Part shown: positions 1-9,704 of the stretch, in pieces
How the letters are laid out: the number at the start of each line of letters is the position of its first letter
How positions within the stretch are numbered: the stretch's first letter is position 1
Assembly: GCA_963663895.2 (NCBI GenBank)
Contig: CAXXRD010000003.1
Location: forward strand, 64,001 to 128,000
DNA length: 64,000 nt
Direction: 5' to 3'
DNA from: Dehalococcoidia bacterium
Lineage (GTDB): Bacteria; Chloroflexota; Dehalococcoidia; Bin125
Position numbers and translations under genes: made by a program
The notes under the pieces: generated by a model
Databases searched by the model: none
What the model saw: only the letters and a program-made list of their open reading frames with translations
Told to the model about the DNA's origin: nothing

Positions 1-179
1 ATCCGAGGATTTTCCAAGCGATATTCGACAGATGCCTTTCGGCCACGCTTTCCCGATCGGGTGTGCCGCCGTCCCGAGTTTTTTATGAGTGTTCGCGTCT
101 CATTCGATGAGCCGTGGTCGGTCTTCGTTTGCCGGCACCATTTTCAGCTTCAGATAGGCAAGCTTGCCGGTCGAGGCGC

Positions 180-1532
180 TTACAGGATCGCTTCCGCCCG
201 AAGATCGGCCAGCGAGGCCTCGAATGCTTCCAGCGTGGCTTCGATATCGGCTTCTGAGTGGACGGCGGAGACCATCGCGCCCATGTGGATCAGGTCAACG
301 CCATGATTGAGCATCGCGCGCGAGAAGGGCCATACCACCCGGGTCGGGGTATGCGGAACTCTGGCACCGGGGCCGGCGGCACCCCAGTTCCAGTATTGAT
401 CCCCCAAGGGAGGCTCAACCTCGTGGCCAAGGAGCAAGTGGACCATCGAAGCGTCGCGGTAGGCGGCGCCCGGAACTTCCGCCCGGCGGATGACGGCATT
501 CATTCCACGCGTGAGCTGGGCCGCGCGCGCGTCGGCTGTTTCGTTCGGCACACCCGTCGCAACTTCGGCCAGCATGGCGGCGCCGGCTACGGCGCTCAGG
601 GGATTGGCATTGAAGGTCCCGGGATGGCCTACGCGCTTGGACGGAGGCCTGTCCGGATCGATCGCGATCTGGTCGAGCAGATCAGCGCGCCCGGCGACGA
701 CTCCCCCAGGCAGCCCTCCAGCGACGATCTTAGCCAGCGTGGTGAGGTCAGGCTGAATCTGCAGCCGGGCTTGAGCCCCGCCCATTGAGGCGCGGAAGCC
801 CGTGATGACCTCGTCGAAGATGAGAATGGTCCCGGTCTCGCGAGTACGGTCGCGGAGAAAGGCGGGGACCGCAGGATCGAGCGGGCCCGTTCCCCAGCTG
901 TAGCCGGTGGGTTCCAGGATCACGGCCGCGAAATCACGCCTGGCTAAGGCTGCGCCGATCGCCTCAAGGTCGTGCTGGTCGAAAATCTCAATGGACCCGG
1001 CCCACTCCGGGGGAACCCCCACGGAGCCGTAGCTGTCGCGAGCGCTTGGACCACCGGCGCTGATGGTGTCGTTCCAGCCGTGGAAATGATGGCGCAGCTT
1101 CAGCAAGCGTGATCGGCCGCTGAAAGCGCGGGCGAGCCGCACCGCCATCATGGTGGCTTCGGTACCCGAGGAAACGAAGCGGACGCGCTCGGCGCTTGGG
1201 AGAAGGGACTGAATGGCACGTGCCCAGGCGATCTCGAGCGTGTGCGAGGCGCCGTAGTGGGTGCCGCGCGCGATCTGGCCTTTCACAGCTTCGGTGAGGG
1301 TCGGATGGGCATGACCCAACAGCAGCGCACCGTGGCCCATGACATAGTCGATGATCTCATTGCCGTCGACATCCCACTTGCGTGCCCCTTCCGCGCGATC
1401 GACGTAGAGGCCGAACGGCTCGAAATGACGGATATCGTGGGTGACGCCTCCGGGGAAGATCTGACGCGCTTCCCCGGCGAGTTCAGCGGAGCGGGAGTGC
1501 AGGGTGATGAATCGCTCGTCGATCGTGCTCAG
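180..1532 (-). CDS. Class III PLP aminotransferase (glutamate-1-semialdehyde aminomutase-like)
   Basis: Motifs FVSSGTEA, DEVITGFR, AKIVAGGLP (PLP lysine), GTFNANP. The 707-aa track ORF is over-extended through the opposite-strand gene. Likely start is a CTG at 1532, 5 nt after a GAGGGAGG SD. Confidence 0.85.
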   Translation of the reverse strand: MSTIDERFITLHSRSAELAGEARQIFPGGVTHDIRHFEPFGLYVDRAEGARKWDVDGNEIIDYVMGHGALLLGHAHPTLTEAVKGQIARGTHYGASHTLEIAWARAIQSLLPSAERVRFVSSGTEATMMAVRLARAFSGRSRLLKLRHHFHGWNDTISAGGPSARDSYGSVGVPPEWAGSIEIFDQHDLEAIGAALARRDFAAVILEPTGYSWGTGPLDPAVPAFLRDRTRETGTILIFDEVITGFRASMGGAQARLQIQPDLTTLAKIVAGGLPGGVVAGRADLLDQIAIDPDRPPSKRVGHPGTFNANPLSAVAGAAMLAEVATGVPNETADARAAQLTRGMNAVIRRAEVPGAAYRDASMVHLLLGHEVEPPLGDQYWNWGAAGPGARVPHTPTRVVWPFSRAMLNHGVDLIHMGAMVSAVHSEADIEATLEAFEASLADLRAEAIL

Positions 1533-1628
1533 GGGAGCCTCCCTCGTCGTGAGTCGGCGCAGTATGTGCACGGTAGCGGAAGCGGGCGTCGCTTGTGGAC
1601 GGTGCACCCGCTGACCGACAATCATGCA

Positions 1629-3725
1629 ATGGTGACCCTGCCCGTGACCGTCTCCCAGCAGCAACCGACAGGCGAGCGCATGCTGCGGGGAGCCTGCACC
1701 CACGACTGCCAAGATGCCTGTGCCATGCTCGTGACCGTGCGGGACGGCGTGGCCGTACGGGTGGCGCCGAACCCGGCGCACCCGGTCACCGGCAAGCACC
1801 TCTGTGCGAAGGTCAACCGCTACTTGGAGCGGGTCTACGACCCCTCCCGAGTCATGACGCCGCTGCGGCGCTTGGGGACCAAGGGAGCGGGCCGCTTCGA
1901 GAGGCTCTCGTGGGAAGCAGCCGTCGACGAGATCGCGGAGCGCTGGGAGGCGATCGCCGCCCGTGAGGGAGCGGCAGCCATCCTGCCCTACAGCTACTGC
2001 GGAAGCATGGGGGTACTGAGCGGGCTCGGGACGATGGAGGCACTGTTCCGGCGACTGGGGGCGAGCGATCTCGAGCGGACGATCTGTGGCGGGCAACGCC
2101 TGGGCCTCACACGGCTGGTGGGGGAGATGACCAACGATCCGCAGTCGCTGCTGGAGGCAAAGCTGATCGTCGCCTGGGGCTATAACCCGGTGAGCAGCTC
2201 GATCCACACGTGGGAGATCGTGCGCGCGGCGCAGCGGCGAGGGGCACGGCTCGTCGTCATCGATCCGTATCGTTCGCGCACGGCCCAACAGGCGGATACC
2301 CACATCGCGATCTATCCGGGAACGGACGGCGCCCTAGCGCTGGGAATGCTGCACCTGATCCTCCGGGAAGGGCTGGAGGACGCAGACTACGTGACGCGCT
2401 ACACGAGCGGCTTGGAGGAGCTACGCGCGCACGTCGCGGAGTGGACGCCCGAGCGCACGGCGGAGGTAACGGGGATCGAAGCGCTGGAAGTGGTCGCGCT
2501 CGCACGGGACTACGCGACAACGAAGCCGGCAGGCATTCTGCCGGGCGTGGGCATGCAGCGGGCCTACGGGGCGGGTTCGGCGCTGCGAGCCATCCAGTGC
2601 CTGCCAGCGCTCACCGGCCAATGGCGGCATGCGGCGGGCGGGATCGCATTCGCGCACTCGTTCGAGGCGCTACGGGCGCGACGGCTGACGCGAACGCCCG
2701 AGTGCCCGCCATCACCGCGGCAACTGAACATGCTGCAGCTGGGGCGGCATCTCACGGATCCGAACCTGCGGCCGACGCTGCGCGCGCTTTACGTGTGGAA
2801 TTCCAACCCGGCGCTTATCGCGCCGGACCAACGCAATGTGATCGCGGGCTTGCGGCGCGACGATCTGTTCACGGTGGTGCACGATCAGTTCATGACAGAC
2901 ACGGCGCGCTACGCCGATATCGTTTTGCCTGCAACGACCATGTTGGAGCAGGCAGACCTGACGATGTCGTGGGGGTTTAACTACATCCAGCGTAGCGAGC
3001 AGGCGATCGCGCCGATCGGAGAGAGCAAGCCGAACAGTGAAGTGGCACGGCTGCTCGCGGCCAGACTTGGCTTTGACGAAGCGCTGTTTCAGATGAGCGA
3101 CGCGGAGCTGTTGGATGAAGCGCTGCGGGAGTCGCCCGCGGATCGGGCGGGCGCACGCCAGGCGCTGGAAACGCAAGGATTCGCTCGGATGGAGCCAGCG
3201 AAGGGGTGTATCCCCTTCGCGCAGGGCGGTTTTCCCAGCGAGAGCAGGCGCTTTGAGTTCGCATCGAAAGCCTTCGGCCGGAGCGGACTTGGGGAGTTGC
3301 CACAGTACCTGCCGCCTGCCGAGGAACCAAGCGAACGTCACCCCTTACGGCTCCTGACCCTGAAACGCCACCACTCTTTGAATAGCTCGTACGGTGGATC
3401 GGCAGTGCTCAACAGGGCGGAGCCCCAGCCGCTCGTTGAGATGCACCCGGACGACGCGGCCGCACGCGGGATCGAGCCTGGAGAGAGGGTGCGGGTATTC
3501 AACGACCGCGGATCGCTAGAGCACCCAGTCGCAGTCAGCCAGAAGGTGAAGCGCGGCACCGTCGCTGCCCCATTCGGGCACTGGGGGGTACCGGGGGTGA
3601 ACGTGCTCACCAGCGACCGCTTGGGCGATATCGGACACGGGGCGACCTTGTGCGATGTCGCTGTGGAAGTGGAGCGAGCTGGAAGTGCGGCAGCACGGAG
3701 AGAAGTGGAGGCCCGAGGAGGGTGA
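1629..3725 (+). CDS. Molybdopterin (DMSO reductase family) oxidoreductase with N-terminal Fe4S4 motif
   Basis: CTHDCQDAC...HLCAK Fe-S motif, TICG, IDPYRSRTA, DQFMTDTARYADIVLPA, C-terminal MHPDDAAARGI dinucleotide-binding domain. Start ATG 1629. Confidence 0.9.
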   Translation: MVTLPVTVSQQQPTGERMLRGACTHDCQDACAMLVTVRDGVAVRVAPNPAHPVTGKHLCAKVNRYLERVYDPSRVMTPLRRLGTKGAGRFERLSWEAAVDEIAERWEAIAAREGAAAILPYSYCGSMGVLSGLGTMEALFRRLGASDLERTICGGQRLGLTRLVGEMTNDPQSLLEAKLIVAWGYNPVSSSIHTWEIVRAAQRRGARLVVIDPYRSRTAQQADTHIAIYPGTDGALALGMLHLILREGLEDADYVTRYTSGLEELRAHVAEWTPERTAEVTGIEALEVVALARDYATTKPAGILPGVGMQRAYGAGSALRAIQCLPALTGQWRHAAGGIAFAHSFEALRARRLTRTPECPPSPRQLNMLQLGRHLTDPNLRPTLRALYVWNSNPALIAPDQRNVIAGLRRDDLFTVVHDQFMTDTARYADIVLPATTMLEQADLTMSWGFNYIQRSEQAIAPIGESKPNSEVARLLAARLGFDEALFQMSDAELLDEALRESPADRAGARQALETQGFARMEPAKGCIPFAQGGFPSESRRFEFASKAFGRSGLGELPQYLPPAEEPSERHPLRLLTLKRHHSLNSSYGGSAVLNRAEPQPLVEMHPDDAAARGIEPGERVRVFNDRGSLEHPVAVSQKVKRGTVAAPFGHWGVPGVNVLTSDRLGDIGHGATLCDVAVEVERAGSAAARREVEARGG

Positions 3726-3786
3726 ATCTACCCGCGGTGCCGTTCCACCCCGCTGCTGTCCGCAGGAATGAGACACTCCCGGCGCC

Positions 3787-4026
3787 TTAAGCCGCAGTAC
3801 CAAGCACCCCCGGCGCTGCATACGCGGGCACGCGCTCAAAGGGACCGATGATGGCCTTGCCGCCGCAGCAGCCGCAGACGAGGCCGCCGCCGCGATTCTG
3901 GGTGAGCATGGCGCTGCTGGGCGACTCCATGGCTGGTACGTGCCGGAGCCGCCAGCCCCGCCGCTGCACGGAACCGAGCCCGCGACCGCAGATCAGGCAG
4001 CTGATCTCCGCGATCTCCATGTTCAT
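3787..4026 (-). CDS. Small zinc-ribbon protein (CxxC...CxxC)
   Basis: CLICG and CGCCGG pairs; AAGGAGG upstream of the ATGs. Confidence 0.65.
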   Translation of the reverse strand: MNMEIAEISCLICGRGLGSVQRRGWRLRHVPAMESPSSAMLTQNRGGGLVCGCCGGKAIIGPFERVPAYAAPGVLGTAA

Positions 4027-4234
4027 CTCCCGTGCCTCCTTCCTTCAACCCTTGGCGACTGATCCCGTTTGCTGACGGGCCCCAAGCAGGGTCACGGTCT
4101 CGCGCACTAAGGTACCGCGCCTGATTAAGGTACGGCGGACGCTCTATAACGGATGGGCTCGGATTTGGCGGGGGAGATCGTTCGGCTCAGGGCACCTGGC
4201 TGATCCGCGACGAAACATCAACGATAGTGGAGGC

Positions 4235-4969
4235 ATGGAGATCTCTCGTCGGCAGCTCGTCATGGCGATCGCAGTCGTTGCGATGGCGTTGGGGCTCCTG
4301 ATCGCCATGGACCAGCTGCTGGAGCGGTTCTCACCTTGGGACTACGACGATTTCGCTACCTGGGCGCAAGGTTACGGCGCGTTGGGACCAATTGCCTACG
4401 TCGCTTTCTACGCGCTCTCGATGGTCTTGGCGCCGATTCCCACCTCGCCGGCGCCGGTGGCGGCGGCTACAGCCTTCGGGGGGATAGAAGGCTTCCTTTA
4501 CACGCTCCTCGGGGCCGCGATTGGGGGATCGATCTGTTTTGGGATCGCCCGCCGCTGGGGGCGCCCGCTGTTGCAGCGTTTCCTGCCGGTGCGCTTCATG
4601 GCGGAGGTCGATCGCGTGGCCGATCGGCTTGGAGCGCGGGTCCTTCTCGTTCTGCGCCTCTTCCCGATCCTCGGAACCGATGCCGTTTCCTACGGCGCGG
4701 GGCTGACGCAGATCCGCTTTCCGCTCTACTTAGCGATCACGCTGCTGGGGTCGACGCCCATGTTCTTACTGTTATCGCTGGTGGGGGACCGCTTGCGCGA
4801 GGACCGGACGGTCGCCCTGATCAGCATCGTCGGCCTGGGCATCTTCCTTCTGCTACCCCTGTTGGTCATCGCCTGGCGCGGTCGGCGGCGCAAGCACGAG
4901 GAGGCGGCGAAGCTCCCGCTGAGCTCGGAGCGCCAGGTGCCGCTGGACTCGCACGGCCGGTCGAGCTAG
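4235..4969 (+). CDS. TVP38/TMEM64 (VTT/DedA-like) membrane protein
   Basis: Multiple TM segments; LRLFP...VSYGAGLT..F..Y motif. Confidence 0.85.
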   Translation: MEISRRQLVMAIAVVAMALGLLIAMDQLLERFSPWDYDDFATWAQGYGALGPIAYVAFYALSMVLAPIPTSPAPVAAATAFGGIEGFLYTLLGAAIGGSICFGIARRWGRPLLQRFLPVRFMAEVDRVADRLGARVLLVLRLFPILGTDAVSYGAGLTQIRFPLYLAITLLGSTPMFLLLSLVGDRLREDRTVALISIVGLGIFLLLPLLVIAWRGRRRKHEEAAKLPLSSERQVPLDSHGRSS

Positions 4970-4984
4970 GAGCATCCTCTCGCT

Positions 4985-5788
4985 CTACTCGGCGCGCGGC
5001 CGGGCCGTCCAGCGCGGCGCTCGCTTTTCCGCGAACGCCAACGGCCCTTCCACGAAGTCCTCCGATCCCATCATCAGAAGCTGGTTGTGGTAGATGTGCT
5101 CGATAGCGGGAATGAGCGGCATGTCATAGCCGCGCGTGGCGGCTTCTTTCGTGGCGCGGATGGAGAACGGAGCACAGCGCAGAATCTCTTCTGCCCAGCG
5201 GTGGGCGGTCGTCATGAGGTCCGCATGGGGAACCACCTCGTTGACCAGTCCCCAGCGCAGCGCCTCCGCCGCACTCATCTGCCGCGCCGTCAGCATGTAG
5301 CCCATCGCGACCTTGAAAGGGATGGAACGCGGGAGACGCTGCGCGCCGCCCGAGGAGGCCATAAAGCCCACGGTGGGTTCGGGCAGCCCGAAACGGGCAT
5401 GGTCCGCCGCGATGACGATGTCGCAGGCGAGGGCCATCTCGAAGCCTCCGCCGAGGGCGTAGCCGTTCACGGCGGCGATGATCGGTTTCCAGCACGTGAA
5501 GGTACGTGTATGCCCCCCGAGTCCCCCGGGCTGGGGGGAGCTAGCAGCAGTGACTTTGCTGGAGCCGACTTGGGCGGCGTACTTGAGATCGTTCCCGGCA
5601 CTGAAGGCGCGCTCTCCGGCACCGGTGAGGATAGCGATCCAGGCATCATCGTCGTTGCGAAAACGCTCCCAAGCGTCGGCCAGTTCGTCTGTGGTGGGGG
5701 GGTGAACAGCGTTGAGCCGCTCGGGCCGGTTTATCGTGATGGTAACGATGCGGTCGCTGTGCTCGTAGGTGATGAACTCGTAAGACAT
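4985..5788 (-). CDS. Enoyl-CoA hydratase/isomerase
   Basis: AFSAGNDL, KPIIAAVNGYALGGGFEMALACD, FGLPE. Confidence 0.92.
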   Translation of the reverse strand: MSYEFITYEHSDRIVTITINRPERLNAVHPPTTDELADAWERFRNDDDAWIAILTGAGERAFSAGNDLKYAAQVGSSKVTAASSPQPGGLGGHTRTFTCWKPIIAAVNGYALGGGFEMALACDIVIAADHARFGLPEPTVGFMASSGGAQRLPRSIPFKVAMGYMLTARQMSAAEALRWGLVNEVVPHADLMTTAHRWAEEILRCAPFSIRATKEAATRGYDMPLIPAIEHIYHNQLLMMGSEDFVEGPLAFAEKRAPRWTARPRAE

Positions 5789-5835
5789 CGCGTACTCCCT
5801 GGCGTGCGGATGGGCGAGCGCTAGGCTAGTTGATC

Positions 5836-6882
5836 ATGTCGCGACGCACCGATCAGCCGAGTGCGCTGCACGAACTCCCGCCGCTCGCTCCCGCCGAAGC
5901 GGCTGCCTACGCGCAAGGACGCGCGTTGCGCGCGTTGGCGGAAGCGCGGGCCGACGGATGGGTGAATCGCTGCCTGGAGGCGGCGCTGGAAGCAGAGCAT
6001 CCATTTCCACGAGGCGAGGCGCGGCTAGCGTTGCAGCAGGCGCCCGCCCCGGCGGTCGTGCGGGCGCTGCTACCGGCGCTGATGTCGCAAAATCGGCGCC
6101 TGCGCCGCCGGGCGATGACGCTCCTACCACGATTGGAGGCGGCCGAGCTGCTCCGTCAAATGAAGCCTTGGCTAACCGACGCGTCGCGGGAGGGGAAGAA
6201 AGTAGCCTGCGGCGTGCTGGGAGCCGTAGGGGAGGAGGGGACGGCTTTGCTGCGCGTATTGGCGAGGGACGCCGACCTGGGCGTGGCGCGGCGGGCCGCG
6301 CGGGCGCTGGCCGTGAACGAGGAGCGGGCGGCACAAGCGGTCGCGGCGCCGCGAAGAGGAACGATGCCGGAGTCGGCGCGGCGGCCATTCGGGCTGCCGC
6401 CGCCGCGTGGGACGATGCCAGAGCGTACGGGAACATTCGCGGTGGCAGCGTTCAACTTCTCCTATGGAGTGAACCTCGGCGTGCTGATCCGCAGCGCCGA
6501 GGCAGCGGGCGCGCGCGCAGTCTGGGTGGTGGGGCGTGACTTCTACTACCGGCCCTCGACGAAAGGGAGCGACTGGTGGATTCCGGTAGAGTTGCTGCCA
6601 ACGCCGATGGCTTGCATTGAGCGGGCGCGGGCGGAAGGGTACGCGATCGTAGCGCTGCAGCAGGGCTCCGCAGCGCAGTCGCTGTACGATGCGAAGTGGC
6701 CTCAGCAACCCTTGATCGTCGTCGGCAACGAAGGCGACGGCCTCCCGACAGACTTCGTCGAAGCCGCGGATCTGCAAGTGGGCATCCCGGTAGCGGGTCG
6801 GATCGACAGCCTCAACGTGGCCGTGGCAGCGACGGTGGGTATGTATTTTTACTTGAGAGCGCAGGAACGCAGGAGCACGTGA
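5836..6882 (+). CDS. HEAT-repeat-fused TrmH/SpoU (SPOUT) RNA methyltransferase
   Basis: C-terminal NLGVLIRSAEAAG, VGNEGDGL, DSLNVAVA SpoU motifs; N-terminal Ala/Leu-rich helical HEAT-like repeats. Confidence 0.8.
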   Translation: MSRRTDQPSALHELPPLAPAEAAAYAQGRALRALAEARADGWVNRCLEAALEAEHPFPRGEARLALQQAPAPAVVRALLPALMSQNRRLRRRAMTLLPRLEAAELLRQMKPWLTDASREGKKVACGVLGAVGEEGTALLRVLARDADLGVARRAARALAVNEERAAQAVAAPRRGTMPESARRPFGLPPPRGTMPERTGTFAVAAFNFSYGVNLGVLIRSAEAAGARAVWVVGRDFYYRPSTKGSDWWIPVELLPTPMACIERARAEGYAIVALQQGSAAQSLYDAKWPQQPLIVVGNEGDGLPTDFVEAADLQVGIPVAGRIDSLNVAVAATVGMYFYLRAQERRST

Positions 6883-6895
6883 AGCGGCGACGGGA

Positions 6896-7861
6896 GTGTC
6901 CGGGTTGAAACAGGGAGCATCCGAAGCGATCGACCGCAGGACGCTGCTGCGGCGCGGAATGATCGCGGCGGCCGGCGCGGCGGCGATCGGCGCCGGGCTG
7001 GGACCCGCCCTCGGACCTGGTGGTGGACTAGCGCGAGCGGAGGCTGAAGGCCCTGCGCTCAACCTCGTGCAAGGTTGGAATTCCGTGCCATGGTTTGGCG
7101 GACCCACGCCGGCAGTGGAAGCTTTCTCCGGGCTGCCGCTAAAAGTTGCTTGGCACCGAGACAACGGATCGCGAAGCTGGCGAGCTTACGGACCGCAGCG
7201 CCGGGTCAATGACCTCGACCAAGTGACGCAAGGAGCGGCGCTGTGGATGAACGTAACGAGTAACATCATCTGGCGGCAGCCGCCGCAACCAGAGGCGCCG
7301 CCGACCGATCAATCCCTGCCGCAAGGATGGGCTTTGGTGAGTTGGCTCGGCGGCGAGATGCCGGTCTGGGAGCTTTTGGGAAACAATGCCGAGTCATTGG
7401 TATCTTACGCGCTGCGCTGGAACTCGCTGGAGCAGCGCTATCACACCTACCGGCCTGGCAAGAGTGCGGAAGAAGCCTTCGCTGTCCTGCACCGAGGCGA
7501 CGTGCTTTGGCTGCTCTTGGACGTGAGCGGGTTGTACTGGAACCCGCTCCGAGGGCTCTCCTCGCCGCCCGTCGAGCCACAGTTCGTCAGGGGACAAGCG
7601 ACGTATTACTACCCGGCGTTGCACGGCAATGTGATGTTCTGCGGCGGTGTGTACGATCGCTTCGATCCCACGATCGCGGCCGCTACAGGATGGGAATGTG
7701 GGACTCGCTTGCGGATACGGCACGGAGATCGGACGCTGGATGTGGTGGTACAGGATACCGGCCGGATCCCGCCCACCCATGTCGATCTATCGGAGGCGGG
7801 GTTCCAACAGCTGGCGCCCTTGGCCGAGGGGCGGATCGATGTGCTGATCGAGCAACTCTAA
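6896..7861 (+). CDS. Tat-exported protein with duplicated LxxGW module and C-terminal RlpA-like double-psi beta-barrel
   Basis: IDRRTLLRR Tat signal; LVQGWNSVPW and LPQGWALVSW repeats; GQATYY...VVVQDTG...VDLSEAGFQQLA. Confidence 0.7.
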   Translation: MSGLKQGASEAIDRRTLLRRGMIAAAGAAAIGAGLGPALGPGGGLARAEAEGPALNLVQGWNSVPWFGGPTPAVEAFSGLPLKVAWHRDNGSRSWRAYGPQRRVNDLDQVTQGAALWMNVTSNIIWRQPPQPEAPPTDQSLPQGWALVSWLGGEMPVWELLGNNAESLVSYALRWNSLEQRYHTYRPGKSAEEAFAVLHRGDVLWLLLDVSGLYWNPLRGLSSPPVEPQFVRGQATYYYPALHGNVMFCGGVYDRFDPTIAAATGWECGTRLRIRHGDRTLDVVVQDTGRIPPTHVDLSEAGFQQLAPLAEGRIDVLIEQL

Positions 7862-7953
7862 GCTGCTCGGGTAGTCTTTCGTAGCCGCGCGGCGTCTAGA
7901 CTCCCGCGAGTTGCGGGCACCGGAGGCGCCATGGGGGCAAGAGGAGGTCCGTG

Positions 7954-8871
7954 ATGGAATTTGGCGTTCACCTGCCGCAACTGGGTTGGCGCGCGACGCC
8001 CGAGGCGATCACTGAGATCGCCCGGCAGTCGGAGGCGATGGGATACGAGTCGCTATGGGTAAGCGACCACATAGCCATTCCCGAGAAGATCGAGACGGAG
8101 TACCCCCTAGGGGGCAAGTTCCCTGTGCCACCCGAGTTGCCCTGGCTGGACCCCTTGGGCACGCTCTGCTTCGTAGCGGCGCAGACCGAGACGGCGCGCT
8201 TGGGGACCTCCGTCTTGGTCTTGCCCTGGCGCATGCCGGTGCAGACGACGAAGGTCTTGATCACCCTGGATCAGCTGAGCAAGGGTCGGCTGATCCTGGG
8301 TGCGGGGGCGGGCTGGATGCCGGAAGAGTTCGCAGCGCTGGGAATGCCGTTTGACCATCGGGGGGCGCGCCTCGACGAGCACCTCGACATCTTGGAAGCG
8401 CTCTCGACCGAAGAGATGCCCGAATACCACGGTACCTACTATGAATTCGAAAAGATTGGCTTCAATCCCAAGCCGGTCAACGGCCGTATCACGCTCTGGA
8501 TGGGCGGAGCGTCCGAGGCCGGGTACAAGCGCGCGGCGCGCCGGGGAGACGGATTCCAGGGAGCCTACGCCTCGCCGGCGGCGCTGCGGGCGCAGTGGGC
8601 TTCCGTGCGGCGCTACGCCGAAGAGGCCGGCCGGGACCCCGATACGATCGTGCTGAGCAATCGCATGTGGCTCGCCTATGGAACCGAATCCGGACCACGG
8701 GCGGATGGCTCGCTGTTCGGATCGACGGGGCAGATCGTGGAGCAGGTGGGGGAGCTCCAGGAGATGGGAGTTACGCACATCGTCGTGGACGTCATCGCGC
8801 CCGGTGGAATCGAAGGACGCCTCCAGGCGCTGCAGCGCTTGAAGGAAGAGGTGCGGCCTCAGCTCGGCTAG
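7954..8871 (+). CDS. LLM-class (probable F420-dependent) oxidoreductase
   Basis: SLWVSDH, LGTSVLVLP, DQLSKGRLILGAGAGW; AGGAGG SD. Confidence 0.9.
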   Translation: MEFGVHLPQLGWRATPEAITEIARQSEAMGYESLWVSDHIAIPEKIETEYPLGGKFPVPPELPWLDPLGTLCFVAAQTETARLGTSVLVLPWRMPVQTTKVLITLDQLSKGRLILGAGAGWMPEEFAALGMPFDHRGARLDEHLDILEALSTEEMPEYHGTYYEFEKIGFNPKPVNGRITLWMGGASEAGYKRAARRGDGFQGAYASPAALRAQWASVRRYAEEAGRDPDTIVLSNRMWLAYGTESGPRADGSLFGSTGQIVEQVGELQEMGVTHIVVDVIAPGGIEGRLQALQRLKEEVRPQLG

Positions 8872-8908
8872 CGGGCCGGTTGCTGCGACATTCCCCTACG
8901 CTGGCCGT

Positions 8909-9532
8909 ATGGAGCTACTCGACGAGTTGCGGGATCGGGCGCGTGCGGGACGCGAGCGCTGGGAGGAGTCCTGGCTAGGACAGCTGATCCCGCCTTCTCC
9001 CGCGCTGCACCCGGCGCCGACCGCGGCGATCTGGCTGCTCGTGCTCGGAGCGCTGCTGGTATTCATCGGTAGCTTACTGCCCTGGGTTGAAACCTCGATT
9101 CCCGCCTTCGACGACCCGGAATTCGGCAGCGTGTCGGCGAGCGAGTCTACCGATTCAGGGCTGGAGCGATCTGGGGGGCTGGTTGCACTCGTCTACACCC
9201 TGGTGTTGCTCGTGTTGGCGGGCTTCCTCTGGCGGGTGGGGCTTTCGGACTGGCGCGGCATCCTATTGCCTTTCTTGGCCGCCGTACCGCTGATCGTGGC
9301 GGTCCTCGAGATTGGGGACACGAGGGACGTTGTCATTCGGGCTACCGTGGAAGGACCAGACTTGGGCCGGATCGAGCGCAGCGTCAAGCCGGGTCTATTC
9401 ATGGTGGCGGTGGGCGGAGCGTTCGCGGTAATGGGGGGCCTGCGGGTCAGCCGGGCCGCGCAGCACCTGCGGAAACAGATCGAGAAAGGGGAGCAGCAGG
9501 CCTGGCCACTACGGCGCGGGCGCCGAGGATAG
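8909..9532 (+). CDS. Hypothetical membrane protein (about 4 TM)
   Basis: Hydrophobic segments, GSLLPW motif; TACGCT -10 box 6 nt before ATG. Confidence 0.7.
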   Translation: MELLDELRDRARAGRERWEESWLGQLIPPSPALHPAPTAAIWLLVLGALLVFIGSLLPWVETSIPAFDDPEFGSVSASESTDSGLERSGGLVALVYTLVLLVLAGFLWRVGLSDWRGILLPFLAAVPLIVAVLEIGDTRDVVIRATVEGPDLGRIERSVKPGLFMVAVGGAFAVMGGLRVSRAAQHLRKQIEKGEQQAWPLRRGRRG

Positions 9533-9704
9533 CTCCTCCTCTCTCAGTTCCCTTCTGAGCAACATCAGCAATGCGGCCAAGCGCCGGAGTAAACCCTCCG
9601 AAAGTGGGAGATCCGCACGGCCGCGAATCGCGTTTTAGTTTTAACGGCGCTTGCCCATAGGCGGGTGAAGCGCGGATGAGTCGGGTCGGCCTGAAACGGA
9701 GATC

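Noticed and set aside
1533-2303. N-terminal 257 aa of the 707-aa track ORF, and the 1242-1628 extension of the Mo-enzyme ORF, suggesting a large antisense overlap
   Set aside because: Both extensions are shadow frames of the opposite gene; the real genes are divergent with starts near 1532 and 1629.
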